From the NCBI GenBank assembly GCA_964016885.1, contig OZ024740.1, positions 441,192,001 to 441,256,000 of the forward strand: a stretch of 64,000 nucleotides of DNA, in the 5' to 3' direction. Position 1 is the first letter of the stretch. The number at the start of each line of letters is the position of its first letter. The notes under the pieces were generated by a model that was not told where the DNA came from, made no database searches, and saw nothing but the letters and a program-made list of their open reading frames with translations. Source of the DNA: Eledone cirrhosa. Lineage: Eukaryota. The translations under genes were made by a program, and so were the position numbers. Positions 1 to 14,282 of the stretch are shown here, one piece after another.

Positions 1-718
1 TGTATTCTTTTTTCAGTATTTATTTTACAACCCATAGAAACTATAAACTGAAAAGGTTTACGGAGAACACTACTCCCGACCTGTACAATCATCAGGTAAC
101 GAACTATGTGACATTTGGTGCCACCAGAAAAGATGGTGTAATGGTATTATCTTACTCTTATTATTCATTAACAAATAACTGTTCTCCTTAGTAGAGCTCT
201 TAATTTCTTCCTGAAATGTCTGCCAGAGATCTAGAAATTCCAATATTCTGTTATACACATCTCACTAAGTAGAATGGTAAGATCAATGTCGTCTGATTAT
301 AGTTTTGAGATGTGATAAATCTAAAAATCAGAACACTAATTCTTCGTTGGTACTACTGTGATGAGGTAATGACGCTGAATGGATAACTAGCGGGTATATA
401 TAGACACATCAGGAAATCACAATTAAATCTAGTGTATCACGTGATACGTCATATGCTGCAAATATCACAACGAGATCTAACAACGAGAAAGATAAAATGG
501 AGAATATAAAACCAAAATGGAAGACGGGATAAATGTGTAAAATTCGAGAAATGAAACAAATATATATCTGTAATAGATAATAGAATTAAATAGCATAATA
601 TTATGTTCTATATAACCTGGTAAGATGGATGTTTAATTATAAACTTTAGAGAAACTGTAGAAGATGAGAAAAACAACATTCTATACTGAGTTGGAAAGTT
701 GATATTTCATTTGTAAAT

Positions 719-731
719 AAAAAAAATAAAA
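719..731 (-). terminator. Pol III oligo-T terminator of the tRNA-Ser (repeated in every unit)
   Basis: TTTTATTTTTTTT on the - strand, starting 7 nt after the tRNA 3' end. Confidence 0.8.
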
Positions 732-738
732 CATACGT

Positions 739-820
739 CGCTGCGGGCAGGATTCGAACCTGCGCGGGTAACACCCATTGGATTTCAAGTCCAACGCCTT
801 AACCACTCGGCCACCACAGC
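739..820 (-). tRNA. tRNA-Ser(UGA), unit 1
   Basis: Reverse complement GCTGTGGTGGCCGAGTGGTTAAGGCGTTGGACTTGAAATCCAATGGGTGTTACCCGCGCAGGTTCGAATCCTGCCCGCAGCG: 82 nt, 7-bp acceptor stem, A and B boxes, anticodon TGA, long variable arm, discriminator G, followed by a poly-T tract. Confidence 0.96.
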
Positions 821-1608
821 AGGCTTAGAATACCCGTCTTTCAATTGATCTTTTAAAATTATCAACAGATTTTCATTTTTTTATTTAGAAAGAGAGAAAT
901 GTAAATAGCTAGATTGTTATACGATGTTTTATGTCAGTAAGTAGTGGCGGACTGGCCTGGTTGCCAGGTTGCCTAATGGTAGCATTGCAAGAGCCCACAG
1001 CATCATTGCAGGGCCCACTATAGTATTTTAGGAGCCAATGCTTTGCTTTCAAAAAATACCTGAAATATAAGATAAAGAATAAGGTTTTAAAACAATAAAT
1101 AAAACAATTAAGGAAAGCATTTGGTCAACCAAATACCCCAGGGTATTACTGGAATCCAAATATACCATAGTGCAAGTAGCTGGAATCAAGGTTTGTACAT
1201 TCTACTAAATCTAAAGCTTAATGTATTCATTCAAGCAGGCAAACATACATATATAGACACACACACACAAGCATATGTATATATATATTTATATACTTGC
1301 ACACGAAATACTAACTAAATAATATTTGGTATCAATGGGTTAAAGACATCTGTCAAATCAATTAGTGATGATGGAGGGGGAGAAATTAGGTGGAACAGAA
1401 ATGAAACATGGATTACAGGTTAAAATATAGTCTAGATAGATGAGAAACAAAACGAGGATGTAGTTTTTGGAACACCCAAATGATTTAGAGGTCGACCTTA
1501 AGTAGGAGCAATAACATTAAGAAAGTCATGAACGAAACCACAACACTTCGGTTTGAACATTTTAAAAGTAGGTTTATAAGTATGAATTTTCGTAAGATGT
1601 TCGTAGTT

Positions 1609-1680
1609 GTCTCTGTGGCCTAGCGGTAAGTACTAGAGACCGTAGAGATCCTGTCCTTGGGTTCAATCCTGGTCAAGAGT
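1609..1680 (+). pseudogene. Degenerate 72-nt tRNA-like / Pol III element, one per unit (isotype unclear, Glu/Pro-like)
   Basis: A box TGGCCTAGCGG, B box GGTTCAATCC, followed by TTCTTTTTT; acceptor and anticodon stems pair poorly. Other copies start at about 3290, 4975, 6660, 8336, 10020, 11696, 13386, 15071, 16756, 18441, 20122, 21807, 23473, 25158, 26844. Confidence 0.7.
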
Positions 1681-2423
1681 TACATGTATTCTTTTTTCAG
1701 TATTTATTTTACAACCCATAGAAACTATAAACTGAAAAGGTTTACGGAGAACACTACTCCCGACCTGTACAATCATCAGGTAACGAACTATGTGACATTT
1801 GGTGCCATCAGAAAAGATGGTGTAATGGTATTATCTTACTCTTATTATTCATTAACAAATAACTGTTCTCCTTAGTAGAGCTCTTAATTTCTTCCTGAAA
1901 TGTCTGCCAGAGATCTAGAAATTCCAATATTCTGTTATACACATCTCACTAAGTAGAATGGTAAGATCAATGTCGTCTGATTATAGTTTTGAGATGTGAT
2001 AAATCTAAAAATCAGAACACTAATTCTTCGTTGGTACTACTGTGATGAGGTAATGACGCTGAATGGATAACTAGCGGGTATATATAGACACATCAGGAAA
2101 TCACAACTAAATCTAGTGTATCACGTGATACGTCATATGCTGCAAATATCACAACGAGATCTAACAACGAGAAAGATAAAATGGAGAATATAAAACCAAA
2201 ATGGAAGACGGGATAAATGTGTAAAATTCGAGAAATGAAACAAATATATATCTGTAGTAGATAATAGAATTAAATAGCATAATATTATGTTCTATATAAC
2301 CTGGTAAGATGGATTTTTAATTATAAACTTTAGAGAAACTGTAGAAGATGAGAAAAACAACATTCTAGATCTGAGTTGGAAAGTTGATATTTCATTTGTA
2401 AATAAAAAAAATAAAACATACGT

Positions 2424-2505
2424 CGCTGCGGGCAGGATTCGAACCTGCGCGGGTAACACCCATTGGATTTCAAGTCCAACGCCTTAACCACTCGGCCACC
2501 ACAGC
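2424..2505 (-). tRNA. tRNA-Ser(UGA), unit 2
   Basis: Identical to 739-820. Confidence 0.95.
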
Positions 2506-4104
2506 AGGCTTAGAATACCCGTCTTTCAATTGATCTTTTAAAATTATCAACAGATTTTCATTTTTTTATTTAGAAAGAGAGAAATGTAAATAGCTAGATT
2601 GTTATACGATGTTTTATGTCAGTAAGTAGTGGCGGACTGGCCTGGTTGCCAGGTTGCCTAATGGTAGCATTGCAAGAGCCCACAGCATCATTGCAGGGCC
2701 CACTATAGTATTTTAGGAGCCAATGCTTTGCTTTCAAAAAATACCTGAAATCTAAGATAAAGAATAAGGTTTTAAAACAATAAATAAAACAATTAAGGAA
2801 AGCATTTGGTCAACCAAATACCCCAGGGTATTACTGGAATCCAAATATACCATAGTGCAAGTAGCTGGAATCAAGGTTTGTACATTCTACTAAATCTAAA
2901 GCTTAATGTATTCATTCATGCAGGCAAACATACATATATAGACACACACAAGCATATGTATATATATATTTATATACTTACACACGAAATACTAACTAAA
3001 TAATATTTGGTATCAATGGGTTAAAGACATCTGTCAAATCAATTAGTGATGATGGAGGGGGAGAAATTAGGTGGAACAGAAATGAAACATGGATTACAGG
3101 TTAAAATATAGTCTAGATAGATGAGAAACAAAACGAGGATGTAGTTTTTGGAACACCCAAATGATTTAGAGGTCGACCTTAAGTAGGAGCAATAACATTA
3201 AGAAAGTCATGAACGAAACCACAACACTTCGGTTTGAACATTTTAAAAGTAGGTTTATAAGTATGAATTTTCGTAAGATATTCGTAGTTGTCTCTGTGGC
3301 CTAGCGGTAAGTACTAGAGACCGTAGAGATCCTGTCCTTGGGTTCAATCCTGGTCAAGAGTTACATGTATTCTTTTTTCAGTATTTATTTTACAACCCAT
3401 AGAAACTATAAACTGAAAAGGTTTACGGAGAACACTACTCCCGACCTGTACAATCATCAGGTAACGAACTATGTGACATTTGGTGCCACCAGAAAATATG
3501 GTGTAATGGTATTATCTTACTCTTATTATTCATTAACAAATAACTGTTCTCCTTAGTAGAGCTCTTAATTTCTTCCTGAAATGTCTGCCAGAGATCTAGA
3601 AATTCCAATATTCTGTTATACACATCTCACTAAGTAGAATGGTAAGATCAATGTCGTCTGATTATAGTTTTGAGATGTGATAAATCTAAAAATCAGAACA
3701 CTAATTCTTCGTTGGTACTACTGTGATGAGGTAATGACGCTGAATGGATAACTAGCGGGTATATATAGACACATCAGGAAATCACAATTAAATCTAGTGT
3801 ATCACGTGATACGTCATATGCTGCAAATATCACAACGAGATCTAACAACGAGAAAGATAAAATGGAGAATATAAAACCAAAATGGAAGACGGGATAAATG
3901 TGTAAAATTCGAGAAATGAAACAAATATATATCTGTAATAGATAATAGAATTAAATAGCATAATATTATGTTCTATATAACCTGGTAAGATGGATGTTTA
4001 ATTATAAACTTTAGAGAAACTGTAGAAGATGAGAAAAACAACATTCTATATCTGAGTTGGAAAGTTGATATTTCATTTGTAAATAAAAAAAATAAAACAT
4101 ACGT

Positions 4105-4186
4105 CGCTGCGGGCAGGATTCGAACCTGCGCGGGTAACACCCATTGGATTTCAAGTCCAACGCCTTAACCACTCGGCCACCACAGC
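4105..4186 (-). tRNA. tRNA-Ser(UGA), unit 3
   Basis: Identical to 739-820. Confidence 0.95.
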
Positions 4187-5789
4187 AGGCTTAGAATACC
4201 CGTCTTTCAATTGATCTTTTAAAATTATCAACAGATTTTCATTTTTTTATTTAGAAAGAGAGAAATGTAAATAGCTAGATTGTTATACGATGTTTTATGT
4301 CAGTAAGTAGTGGCGGACTGGCCTGGTTGCCAGGTTGCCTAATGGTAGCATTGCAAGAGCCCACAGCATCATTGCAGGGCCCACTATAGTATTTTAGGAG
4401 CCAATGCTTTGCTTTCAAAAAATACCTGAAATCTAAGATAAAGAATAAGGTTTTAAAACAATAAATAAAACAATTAAGGAAAGCATTTGGTCAACCAAAT
4501 ACCCCAGGGTATTACTGGAATCCAAATATACCATAGTGCAAGTAGCTGGAATCAAGGTTTGTACATTCTACTAAATCTAAAGCTTAATGTATTCATTCAT
4601 GCAGGCAAACATACATATATAGACACACACACACAAGCATATGTATATATATATTTATATACTTACACACGAAATACTAACTAAATAATATTTGGTATCA
4701 ATGGGTTAAAGACATCTGTCAAATCAATTAGTGATGATGGAGGGGGAGAAATTAGGTGGAACAGAAATGAAACATGGATTACAGGTTAAAATATAGTCTA
4801 GATAGATGAGAAACAAAACGAGGATGTAGTTTTTGGAACACCCAAATGATTTAGAGGTCGACCTTAAGTAGGAGCAATAACATTAAGAAAGTCATGAACG
4901 AAACCACAACACTTCGGTTTGAACATTTTAAAAGTAGGTTTATAAGTATGAATTTTCGTAAGATATTCGTAGTTGTCTCTGTGGCCTAGCGGTAAGTACT
5001 AGAGACCGTAGAGATCCTGTCCTTGGGTTCAATCCTGGTCAAGAGTTACATGTATTCTTTTTTCAGTATTTATTTTACAACCCATAGAAACTATAAACTG
5101 AAAAGGTTTACGGAGAACACTACTCCCGACCTGTACAATCATCAGGTAACGAACTATGTGACATTTGGTGCCACCAGAAAAGATGGTGTAATGGTATTAT
5201 CTTACTCTTATTATTCATTAACAAATAACTGTTCTCCTTAGTAGAGCTCTTAATTTCTTCCTGAAATGTCTGCCAGAGATCTAGAAATTCCAATATTCTG
5301 TTATACACATCTCACTAAGTAGAATGGTAAGATCAATGTCGTCTGATTATAGTTTTGAGATGTGATAAATCTAAAAATCAGAACACTAATTCTTCGTTGG
5401 TACTACTGTGATGAGGTAATGACGCTGAATGGATAACTAGCGGGTATATATAGACACATCAGGAAATCACAATTAAATCTAGTGTATCACGTGATACGTC
5501 ATATGCTGCAAATATCACAACGAGATCTAACAACGAGAAAGATAAAATGGAGAATATAAAACCAAAATGGAAGACGGGATAAATGTGTAAAATTCGAGAA
5601 ATGAAACAAATATATATCTGTAATAGATAATAGAATTAAATAGCATAATATTATGTTCTATATAACCTGGTAAGATGGATGTTTAATTATAAACTTTAGA
5701 GAAACTGTAGAAGATGAGAAAAACAACATTCTATATCTGAGTTGGAAAGTTGATATTTCATTTGTAAATAAAAAAAATAAAACATACGT

Positions 5790-5871
5790 CGCTGCGGGCA
5801 GGATTCGAACCTGCGCGGGTAACACCCATTGGATTTCAAGTCCAACGCCTTAACCACTCGGCCACCACAGC
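5790..5871 (-). tRNA. tRNA-Ser(UGA), unit 4
   Basis: Identical to 739-820. Confidence 0.95.
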
Positions 5872-7465
5872 AGGCTTAGAATACCCCTCTTTCAATTGAT
5901 CTTTTAAAATTATCAACAGATTTTCATTTTTTTATTTAGAAAGAGAGAAATGTAAATAGCTAGATTGTTATACGATGTTTTATGTCAGTAAGTAGTGGCG
6001 GACTGGCCTGGTTGCCAGGTTGCCTAATGGTAGCATTGCAAGAGCCCACAGCATCATTGCAGGGCCCACTATAGTATTTTAGGAGCCAATGCTTTGCTTT
6101 CAAAAAATACCTGAAATCTAAGATAAAGAATAAGGTTTTAAAACAATAAATAAAACAATTAAGGAAAGCATTTGGTCAACCAAATACCCCAGGGTATTAC
6201 TGGAATCCAAATATACCATAGTGCAAGTAGCTGGAATCAAGGTTTGTACATTCTACTAAATCTAAAGCTTAATGTATTCATTCATGCAGGCAAACATACA
6301 TATATAGACACACACACACAAGCATATGTATATATATATTTATATACTTACACACGAAATACTAACTAAATAATATTTGGTATCAATGGGTTAAAGACAT
6401 CTGTCAAATCAATTAGTGATGATGGAGGGGGAGAAATTAGGTGGAACAGAAATGAAACATGGATTACAGGTTAAAATATAGTCTAGATAGATGAGAAACA
6501 AAACGAGGATGTAGTTTTTGGAACACCCAAATGATTTAGAGGTCGACCTTAAGTAGGAGCAATAACATTAAGAAAGTCATGAACGAAACCACAACACTTC
6601 GGTTTGAACATTTTAAAAGTAGGTTTATAAGTATGAATTTTCGTAAGATATTCGTAGTTGTCTCTGTGGCCTAGCGGTAAGTAGTAGAGATCCTGTCCTT
6701 GGGTTCAATCCTGGTCAAGAGTTACATGTATTCTTTTTTCAGTATTTATTTTACAACCCATAGAAACTATAAACTGAAAAGGTTTACGGAGAACACTACT
6801 CCCGACCTGTACAATCATCAGGTAACGAACTATGTGACATTTGGTGCCACCAGAAAAGATGGTGTAATGGTATTATCTTACTCTTATTATTCATTAACAA
6901 ATAACTGTTCTCCTTAGTAGAGCTCTTAATTTCTTCCTGAAATGTCTGCCAGAGATCTAGAAATTCCAATATTCTGTTATACACATCTCACTAAGTAGAA
7001 TGGTAAGATCAATGTCGTCTGATTATAGTTTTGAGATGTGATAAATCTAAAAATCAGAACACTAATTCTTCGTTGGTACTACTGTGATGAGGTAATGACG
7101 CTGAATGGATAACTAGCGGGTATATATAGACACATCAGGAAATCACAATTAAATCTAGTGTATCACGTGATACGTCATATGCTGCAAATATCACAACGAG
7201 ATCTAACAACGAGAAAGATAAAATGGAGAATATAAAACCAAAATGGAAGACGGGATAAATGTGTAAAATTCGAGAAATGAAACAAATATATATCTGTAAT
7301 AGATAATAGAATTAAATAGCATAATATTATGTTCTATATAACCTGGTAAGATGGATGTTTAATTATAAACTTTAGAGAAACTGTAGAAGATGAGAAAAAC
7401 AACATTCTATATCTGAGTTGGAAAGTTGATATTTCATTTGTAAATAAAAAAAATAAAACATACGT

Positions 7466-7547
7466 CGCTGCGGGCAGGATTCGAACCTGCGCGGGTAACA
7501 CCCATTGGATTTCAAGTCCAACGCCTTAACCACTCGGCCACCACAGC
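7466..7547 (-). tRNA. tRNA-Ser(UGA), unit 5
   Basis: Identical to 739-820. Confidence 0.95.
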
Positions 7548-9149
7548 AGGCTTAGAATACCCGTCTTTCAATTGATCTTTTAAAATTATCAACAGATTTT
7601 CATTTTTTTATTTAGAAAGAGAGAAATGTAAATAGCTAGATTGTTATACGATGTTTTATGTCAGTAAGTAGTGGCGGACTGGCCTGGTTGCCAGGTTGCC
7701 TAATGGTAGCATTGCAAGAGCCCACAGCATCATTGCAGGGCCCACTATAGTATTTTAGGAGCCAATGCTTTGCTTTCAAAAAATACCTGAAATCTAAGAT
7801 AAAGAATAAGGTTTTAAAACAATAAATAAAACAATTAAGGAAAGCATTTGGTCAACCAAATACCCCAGGGTATTACTGGAATCCAAATATACCATAGTGC
7901 AAGTAGCTGGAATCAAGGTTTGTACATTCTACTAAATCTAAAGCTTAATGTATTCATTCATGCAGGCAAACATACATATATAGACACACACACACAAGCA
8001 TATGTATATATATATTTATATACTTACACACGAAATACTAACTAAATAATATTTGGTATCAATGGGTTAAAGACATCTGTCAAATCAATTAGTGATGATG
8101 GAGGGGGAGAAATTAGGTGGAACAGAAATGAAACATGGATTACAGGTTAAAATATAGTCTAGATAGATGAGAAACAAAACGAGGATGTAGTTTTTGGAAC
8201 ACCCAAATGATTTAGAGGTCGACCTTAAGTAGGAGCAATAACATTAAGAAAGTCATGAACGAAACCACAACACTTCGGTTTGAACATTTTAAAAGTAGGT
8301 TTATAAGTATGAATTTTCGTAAGATATTCGTAGTTGTCTCTGTGGCCTAGCGGTAAGTACTAGAGACCGTAGAGATCCTGTCCTTGGGTTCAATCCTGGT
8401 CAAGAGTTACATGTATTCTTTTTTCAGTATTTATTTTACAACCCATAGAAACTATAAACTGAAAAGGTTTACGGAGAACACTACTCCCGACCTGTACAAT
8501 CATCAGGTAACGAACTATGTGACATTTGGTGCCACCAGAAAAGATGGTGTAATGGTATTATCTTACTCTTATTATTCATTAACAAATAACTGTTCTCCTT
8601 AGTAGAGCTCTTAATTTCTTCCTGAAATGTCTGCCAGAGATCTAGAAATTCCAATATTCTGTTATACACATCTCACTAAGTAGAATGGTAAGATCAATGT
8701 CGTCTGATTATAGTTTTGAGATGTGATAAATCTAAAAATCAGAACACTAATTCTTCGTTGGTACTACTGTGATGAGGTAATGACGCTGAATGGATAACTA
8801 GCGGGTATATATAGACACATCAGGAAATCACAATTAAATCTAGTGTATCACGTGATACGTCATATGCTGCAAATATCACAACGAGATCTAACAACGAGAA
8901 AGATAAAATGGAGAATATAAAACCAAAATGGAAGACGGGATAAATGTGTAAAATTCGAGAAATGAAACAAATATATATCTGTAATAGATAATAGAATTAA
9001 ATAGCATAATATTATGTTCTATATAACCTGGTAAGATGGATGTTTAATTATAAACTTTAGAGAAACTGTAGAAGATGAGAAAAACAACATTCTATATCTG
9101 AGTTGGAAAGTTGATATTTCATTTGTAAATAAAAAAATAAAACATACGT

Positions 9150-9231
9150 CGCTGCGGGCAGGATTCGAACCTGCGCGGGTAACACCCATTGGATTTCAAG
9201 TCCAACGCCTTAACCACTCGGCCACCACAGC
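9150..9231 (-). tRNA. tRNA-Ser(UGA), unit 6
   Basis: Identical to 739-820. Confidence 0.95.
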
Positions 9232-10825
9232 AGGCTTAGAATACCCCTCTTTCAATTGATCTTTTAAAATTATCAACAGATTTTCATTTTTTTATTTAGA
9301 AAGAGAAAAATGTAAATAGCTAGATTGTTATACGATGTTTTATGTCAGTAAGTAGTGGCGGACTGGCCTGGTTGCCAGGTTGCCTAATGGTAGCATTGCA
9401 AGAGCCCACAGCATCATTGCAGGGCCCACTATAGTATTTTAGGAGCCAATGCTTTGCTTTCAAAAAATACCTGAAATCTAAGATAAAGAATAAGGTTTTA
9501 AAACAATAAATAAAACAATTAAGGAAAGCATTTGGTCAACCAAATACCCCAGGGTATTACTGGAATCCAAATATACCATAGTGCAAGTAGCTGGAATCAA
9601 GGTTTGTACATTCTACTAAATCTAAAGCTTAATGTATTCATTCATGCAGGCAAACATACATATATAGACACACACACACAAGCATATGTATATATATATT
9701 TATATACTTACACACGAAATACTAACTAAATAATATTTGGTATCAATGGGTTAAAGACATCTGTCAAATCAATTAGTGATGATGGAGGGGGAGAAATTAG
9801 GTGGAACAGAAATGAAACATGGATTACAGGTTAAAATATAGTCTAGATAGATGAGAAACAAAACGAGGATGTAGTTTTTGGAACACCCAAATGATTTAGA
9901 GGTCGACCTTAAGTAGGAGCAATAACATTAAGAAAGTCATGAACGAAACCACAACACTTCGGTTTGAACATTTTAAAAGTAGGTTTATAAGTATGAATTT
10001 TCGTAAGATATTCGTAGTTGTCTCTGTGGCCTAGCGGTAAGTAGTAGAGATCCTGTCCTTGGGTTCAATCCTGGTCAAGAGTTACATGTATTCTTTTTTC
10101 AGTATTTATTTTACAACCCATAGAAACTATAAACTGAAAAGGTTTACGGAGAACACTACTCCCGACCTGTACAATCATCAGGTAACGAACTATGTGACAT
10201 TTGGTGCCACCAGAAAAGATGGTGTAATGGTATTATCTTACTCTTATTATTCATTAACAAATAACTGTTCTCCTTAGTAGAGCTCTTAATTTCTTCCTGA
10301 AATGTCTGCCAGAGATCTAGAAATTCCAATATTCTGTTATACACATCTCACTAAGTAGAATGGTAAGATCAATGTCGTCTGATTATAGTTTTGAGATGTG
10401 ATAAATCTAAAAATCAGAACACTAATTCTTCGTTGGTACTACTGTGATGAGGTAATGACGCTGAATGGATAACTAGCGGGTATATATAGACACATCAGGA
10501 AATCACAATTAAATCTAGTGTATCACGTGATACGTCATATGCTGCAAATATCACAACGAGATCTAACAACGAGAAAGATAAAATGGAGAATATAAAACCA
10601 AAATGGAAGACGGGATAAATGTGTAAAATTCGAGAAATGAAACAAATATATATCTGTAATAGATAATAGAATTAAATAGCATAATATTATGTTCTATATA
10701 ACCTGGTAAGATGGATGTTTAATTATAAACTTTAGAGAAACTGTAGAAGATGAGAAAAACAACATTCTATATCTGAGTTGGAAAGTTGATATTTCATTTG
10801 TAAATAAAAAAAATAAAACATACGT

Positions 10826-10907
10826 CGCTGCGGGCAGGATTCGAACCTGCGCGGGTAACACCCATTGGATTTCAAGTCCAACGCCTTAACCACTCGGCCA
10901 CCACAGC
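10826..10907 (-). tRNA. tRNA-Ser(UGA), unit 7
   Basis: Identical to 739-820. Confidence 0.95.
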
Positions 10908-12510
10908 AGGCTTAGAATACCCCTCTTTCAATTGATCTTTTAAAATTATCAACAGATTTTCATTTTTTTATTTAGAAAGAGAGAAATGTAAATAGCTAGA
11001 TTGTTATACGATGTTTTATGTCAGTAAGTAGTGGCGGACTGGCCTGGTTGCCAGGTTGCCTAATGGTAGCATTGCAAGAGCCCACAGCATCATTGCAGGG
11101 CCCACTATAGTATTTTAGGAGCCAATGCTTTGCTTTCAAAAAATACCTGAAATCTAAGATAAAGAATAAGGTTTTAAAACAATAAATAAAACAATTAAGG
11201 AAAGCATTTGGTCAACCAAATACCCCAGGGTATTACTGGAATCCAAATATACCATAGTGCAAGTAGCTGGAATCAAGGTTTGTACATTCTACTAAATCTA
11301 AAGCTTAATGTATTCATTCATGCAGGCAAACATACATATATAGACACACACACACAAGCATATGTATATATATATTTATATACTTACACACGAAATACTA
11401 ACTAAATAATATTTGGTATCAATGGGTTAAAGACATCTGTCAAATCAATTAGTGATGATGGAGGGGGAGAAATTAGGTGGAACAGAAATGAAACATGGAT
11501 TACAGGTTAAAATATAGTCTAGATAGATGAGAAACAAAACGAGGATGTAGTTTTGGGAACACCCAAATGATTTAGAGGTCGACCTTAAGTAGGAGCAATA
11601 ACATTAAGAAAGTCATGAACGAAACCACAACACTTCGGTTTGAACATTTTAAAAGTAGGTTTATAAGTATGAATTTTCGTAAGATATTCGTAGTTGTCTC
11701 TGTGGCCTAGCGGTAAGTACTAGAGACCGTAGAGATCCTGTCCTTGGGTTCAATCCTGGTCAAGAGTTACATGTATTCTTTTTTCAGTATTTATTTTACA
11801 ACCCATAGAAACTATAAACTGAAAAGGTTTACGGAGAACACTACTCCCGACCTGTACAATCATCAGGTAACGAACTATGTGACATTTGGTGCCACCAGAA
11901 AAGATGGTGTAATGGTATTATCTTACTCTTATTATTCATTAACAAATAACTGTTCTCCTTAGTAGAGCTCTTAATTTCTTCCTGAAATGTCTGCCAGAGA
12001 TCTAGAAATTCCAATATTCTGTTATACACATCTCACTAAGTAGAATGGTAAGATCAATGTCGTCTGATTATAGTTTTGAGATGTGATAAATCTAAAAATC
12101 AGAACACTAATTCTTCGTTGGTACTACTGTGATGAGGTAATGACGCTGAATGGATAACTAGCGGGTATATATAGACACATCAGGAAATCACAATTAAATC
12201 TAGTGTATCACGTGATACGTCATATGCTGCAAATATCACAACGAGATCTAACAACGAGAAAGATAAAATGGAGAATATAAAACCAAAATGGAAGACGGGA
12301 TAAATGTGTAAAATTCGAGAAATGAAACAAATATATATCTGTAATAGATAATAGAATTAAATAGCATAATATTATGTTCTATATAACCTGGTAAGATGGA
12401 TGTTTAATTATAAACTTTAGAGAAACTGTAGAAGATGAGAAAAACAACATTCTATATCTGAGTTGGAAAGTTGATATTTCATTTGTAAATAAAAAAAATA
12501 AAACATACGT

Positions 12511-12592
12511 CGCTGCGGGCAGGATTCGAACCTGCGCGGGTAACACCCATTGGATTTCAAGTCCAACGCCTTAACCACTCGGCCACAACAGC
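12511..12592 (-). tRNA. tRNA-Ser(UGA), unit 8, acceptor-stem variant
   Basis: As 739-820 but G6>T (position 12587), giving an acceptor-stem mismatch. Confidence 0.88.
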
Positions 12593-14200
12593 AGGCTTAG
12601 AATACCCCTCTTTCAATTGATCTTTTAAAATTATCAACAGATTTTCATTTTTTTATTTAGAAAGAGAGAAATGTAAATAGCTAGATTGTTATACGATGTT
12701 TTATGTCAGTAAGTAGTGGCGGACTGGCCTGGTTGCCAGGGTGCCTAATGGTAGCATTGCAAGAGCCCACAGCATCATTGCAGGGCAGGGCCCACTATAG
12801 TATTTTAGGAGCCAATGCTTTGCTTTCAAAAAATACCTGAAATCTAAGATAAAGAATAAGGTTTTAAAACAATAAATAAAACAATTAAGGAAAGCATTTG
12901 GTCAACCAAATACCCCAGGGTATTACTGGAATCCAAATATACCATAGTGCAAGTAGCTGGAATCAAGGTTTGTACATTCTACTAAATCTAAAGCTTAATG
13001 TATTCATTCATGCAGGCAAACATACATATATAGACACACACACACAAGCATATGTATATATATATTTATATACTTACACACGAAATACTAACTAAATAAT
13101 ATTTGGTATCAATGGGTTAAAGACATCTGTCAAATCAATTAGTGATGATGGAGGGGGAGAAATTAGGTGGAACAGAAATGAAACATGGATTACAGGTTAA
13201 AATATAGTCTAGATAGATGAGAAACAAAACGAGGATGTAGTTTTGGGAACACCCAAATGATTTAGAGGTCGACCTTAAGTAGGAGCAATAACATTAAGAA
13301 AGTCATGAACGAAACCACAACACTTCGGTTTGAACATTTTAAAAGTAGGTTTATAAGTATGAATTTTCGTAAGATATTCGTAGTTGTCTCTGTGGCCTAG
13401 CGGTAAGTACTAGAGACCGTAGAGATCCTGTCCTTGGGTTCAATCCTGGTCAAGAGTTACATGTATTCTTTTTTCAGTATTTATTTTACAACCCATAGAA
13501 ACTATAAACTGAAAAGGTTTACGGAGAACACTACTCCCGACCTGTACAATCATCAGGTAACGAACTATGTGACATTTGGTGCCACCAGAAAAGATGGTGT
13601 AATGGTATTATCTTACTCTTATTATTCATTAACAAATAACTGTTCTCCTTAGTAGAGCTCTTAATTTCTTCCTGAAATGTCTGCCAGAGATCTAGAAATT
13701 CCAATATTCTGTTATACACATCTCACTAAGTAGAATGGTAAGATCAATGTCGTCTGATTATAGTTTTGAGATGTGATAAATCTAAAAATCAGAACACTAA
13801 TTCTTCGTTGGTACTACTGTGATGAGGTAATGACGCTGAATGGATAACTAGCGGGTATATATAGACACATCAGGAAATCACAATTAAATCTAGTGTATCA
13901 CGTGATACGTCATATGCTGCAAATATCACAACGAGATCTAACAACGAGAAAGATAAAATGGAGAATATAAAACCAAAATGGAAGACGGGATAAATGTGTA
14001 AAATTCGAGAAATGAAACAAATATATATCTGTAATAGATAATAGAATTAAATAGCATAATATTATGTTCTATATAACCTGGTAAGATGGATGTTTAATTA
14101 TAAACTTTAGAGAAACTGTAGAAGATGAGAAAAACAACATTCTATATCTGAGTTGGAAAGTTGATATTTCATTTGTAAATAAAAAAAATAAAACATACGT

Positions 14201-14282
14201 CGCTGCGGGCAGGATTCGAACCTGCGCGGGTAACACCCATTGGATTTCAAGTCCAACGCCTTAACCACTCGGCCACCACAGC
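14201..14282 (-). tRNA. tRNA-Ser(UGA), unit 9
   Basis: Identical to 739-820. Confidence 0.95.

Noticed and set aside
739-820. Selenocysteine or opal-suppressor tRNA
   Set aside because: The anticodon is UGA (reads UCA, Ser), not UCA; the 7-bp acceptor stem and 82-nt length are those of an ordinary tRNA-Ser.
942-1020. TAGTGGCGGACTGGCC...GGGCCC resembling a hAT/MITE terminus in the unit
   Set aside because: No matching inverted partner or TSD found by eye.
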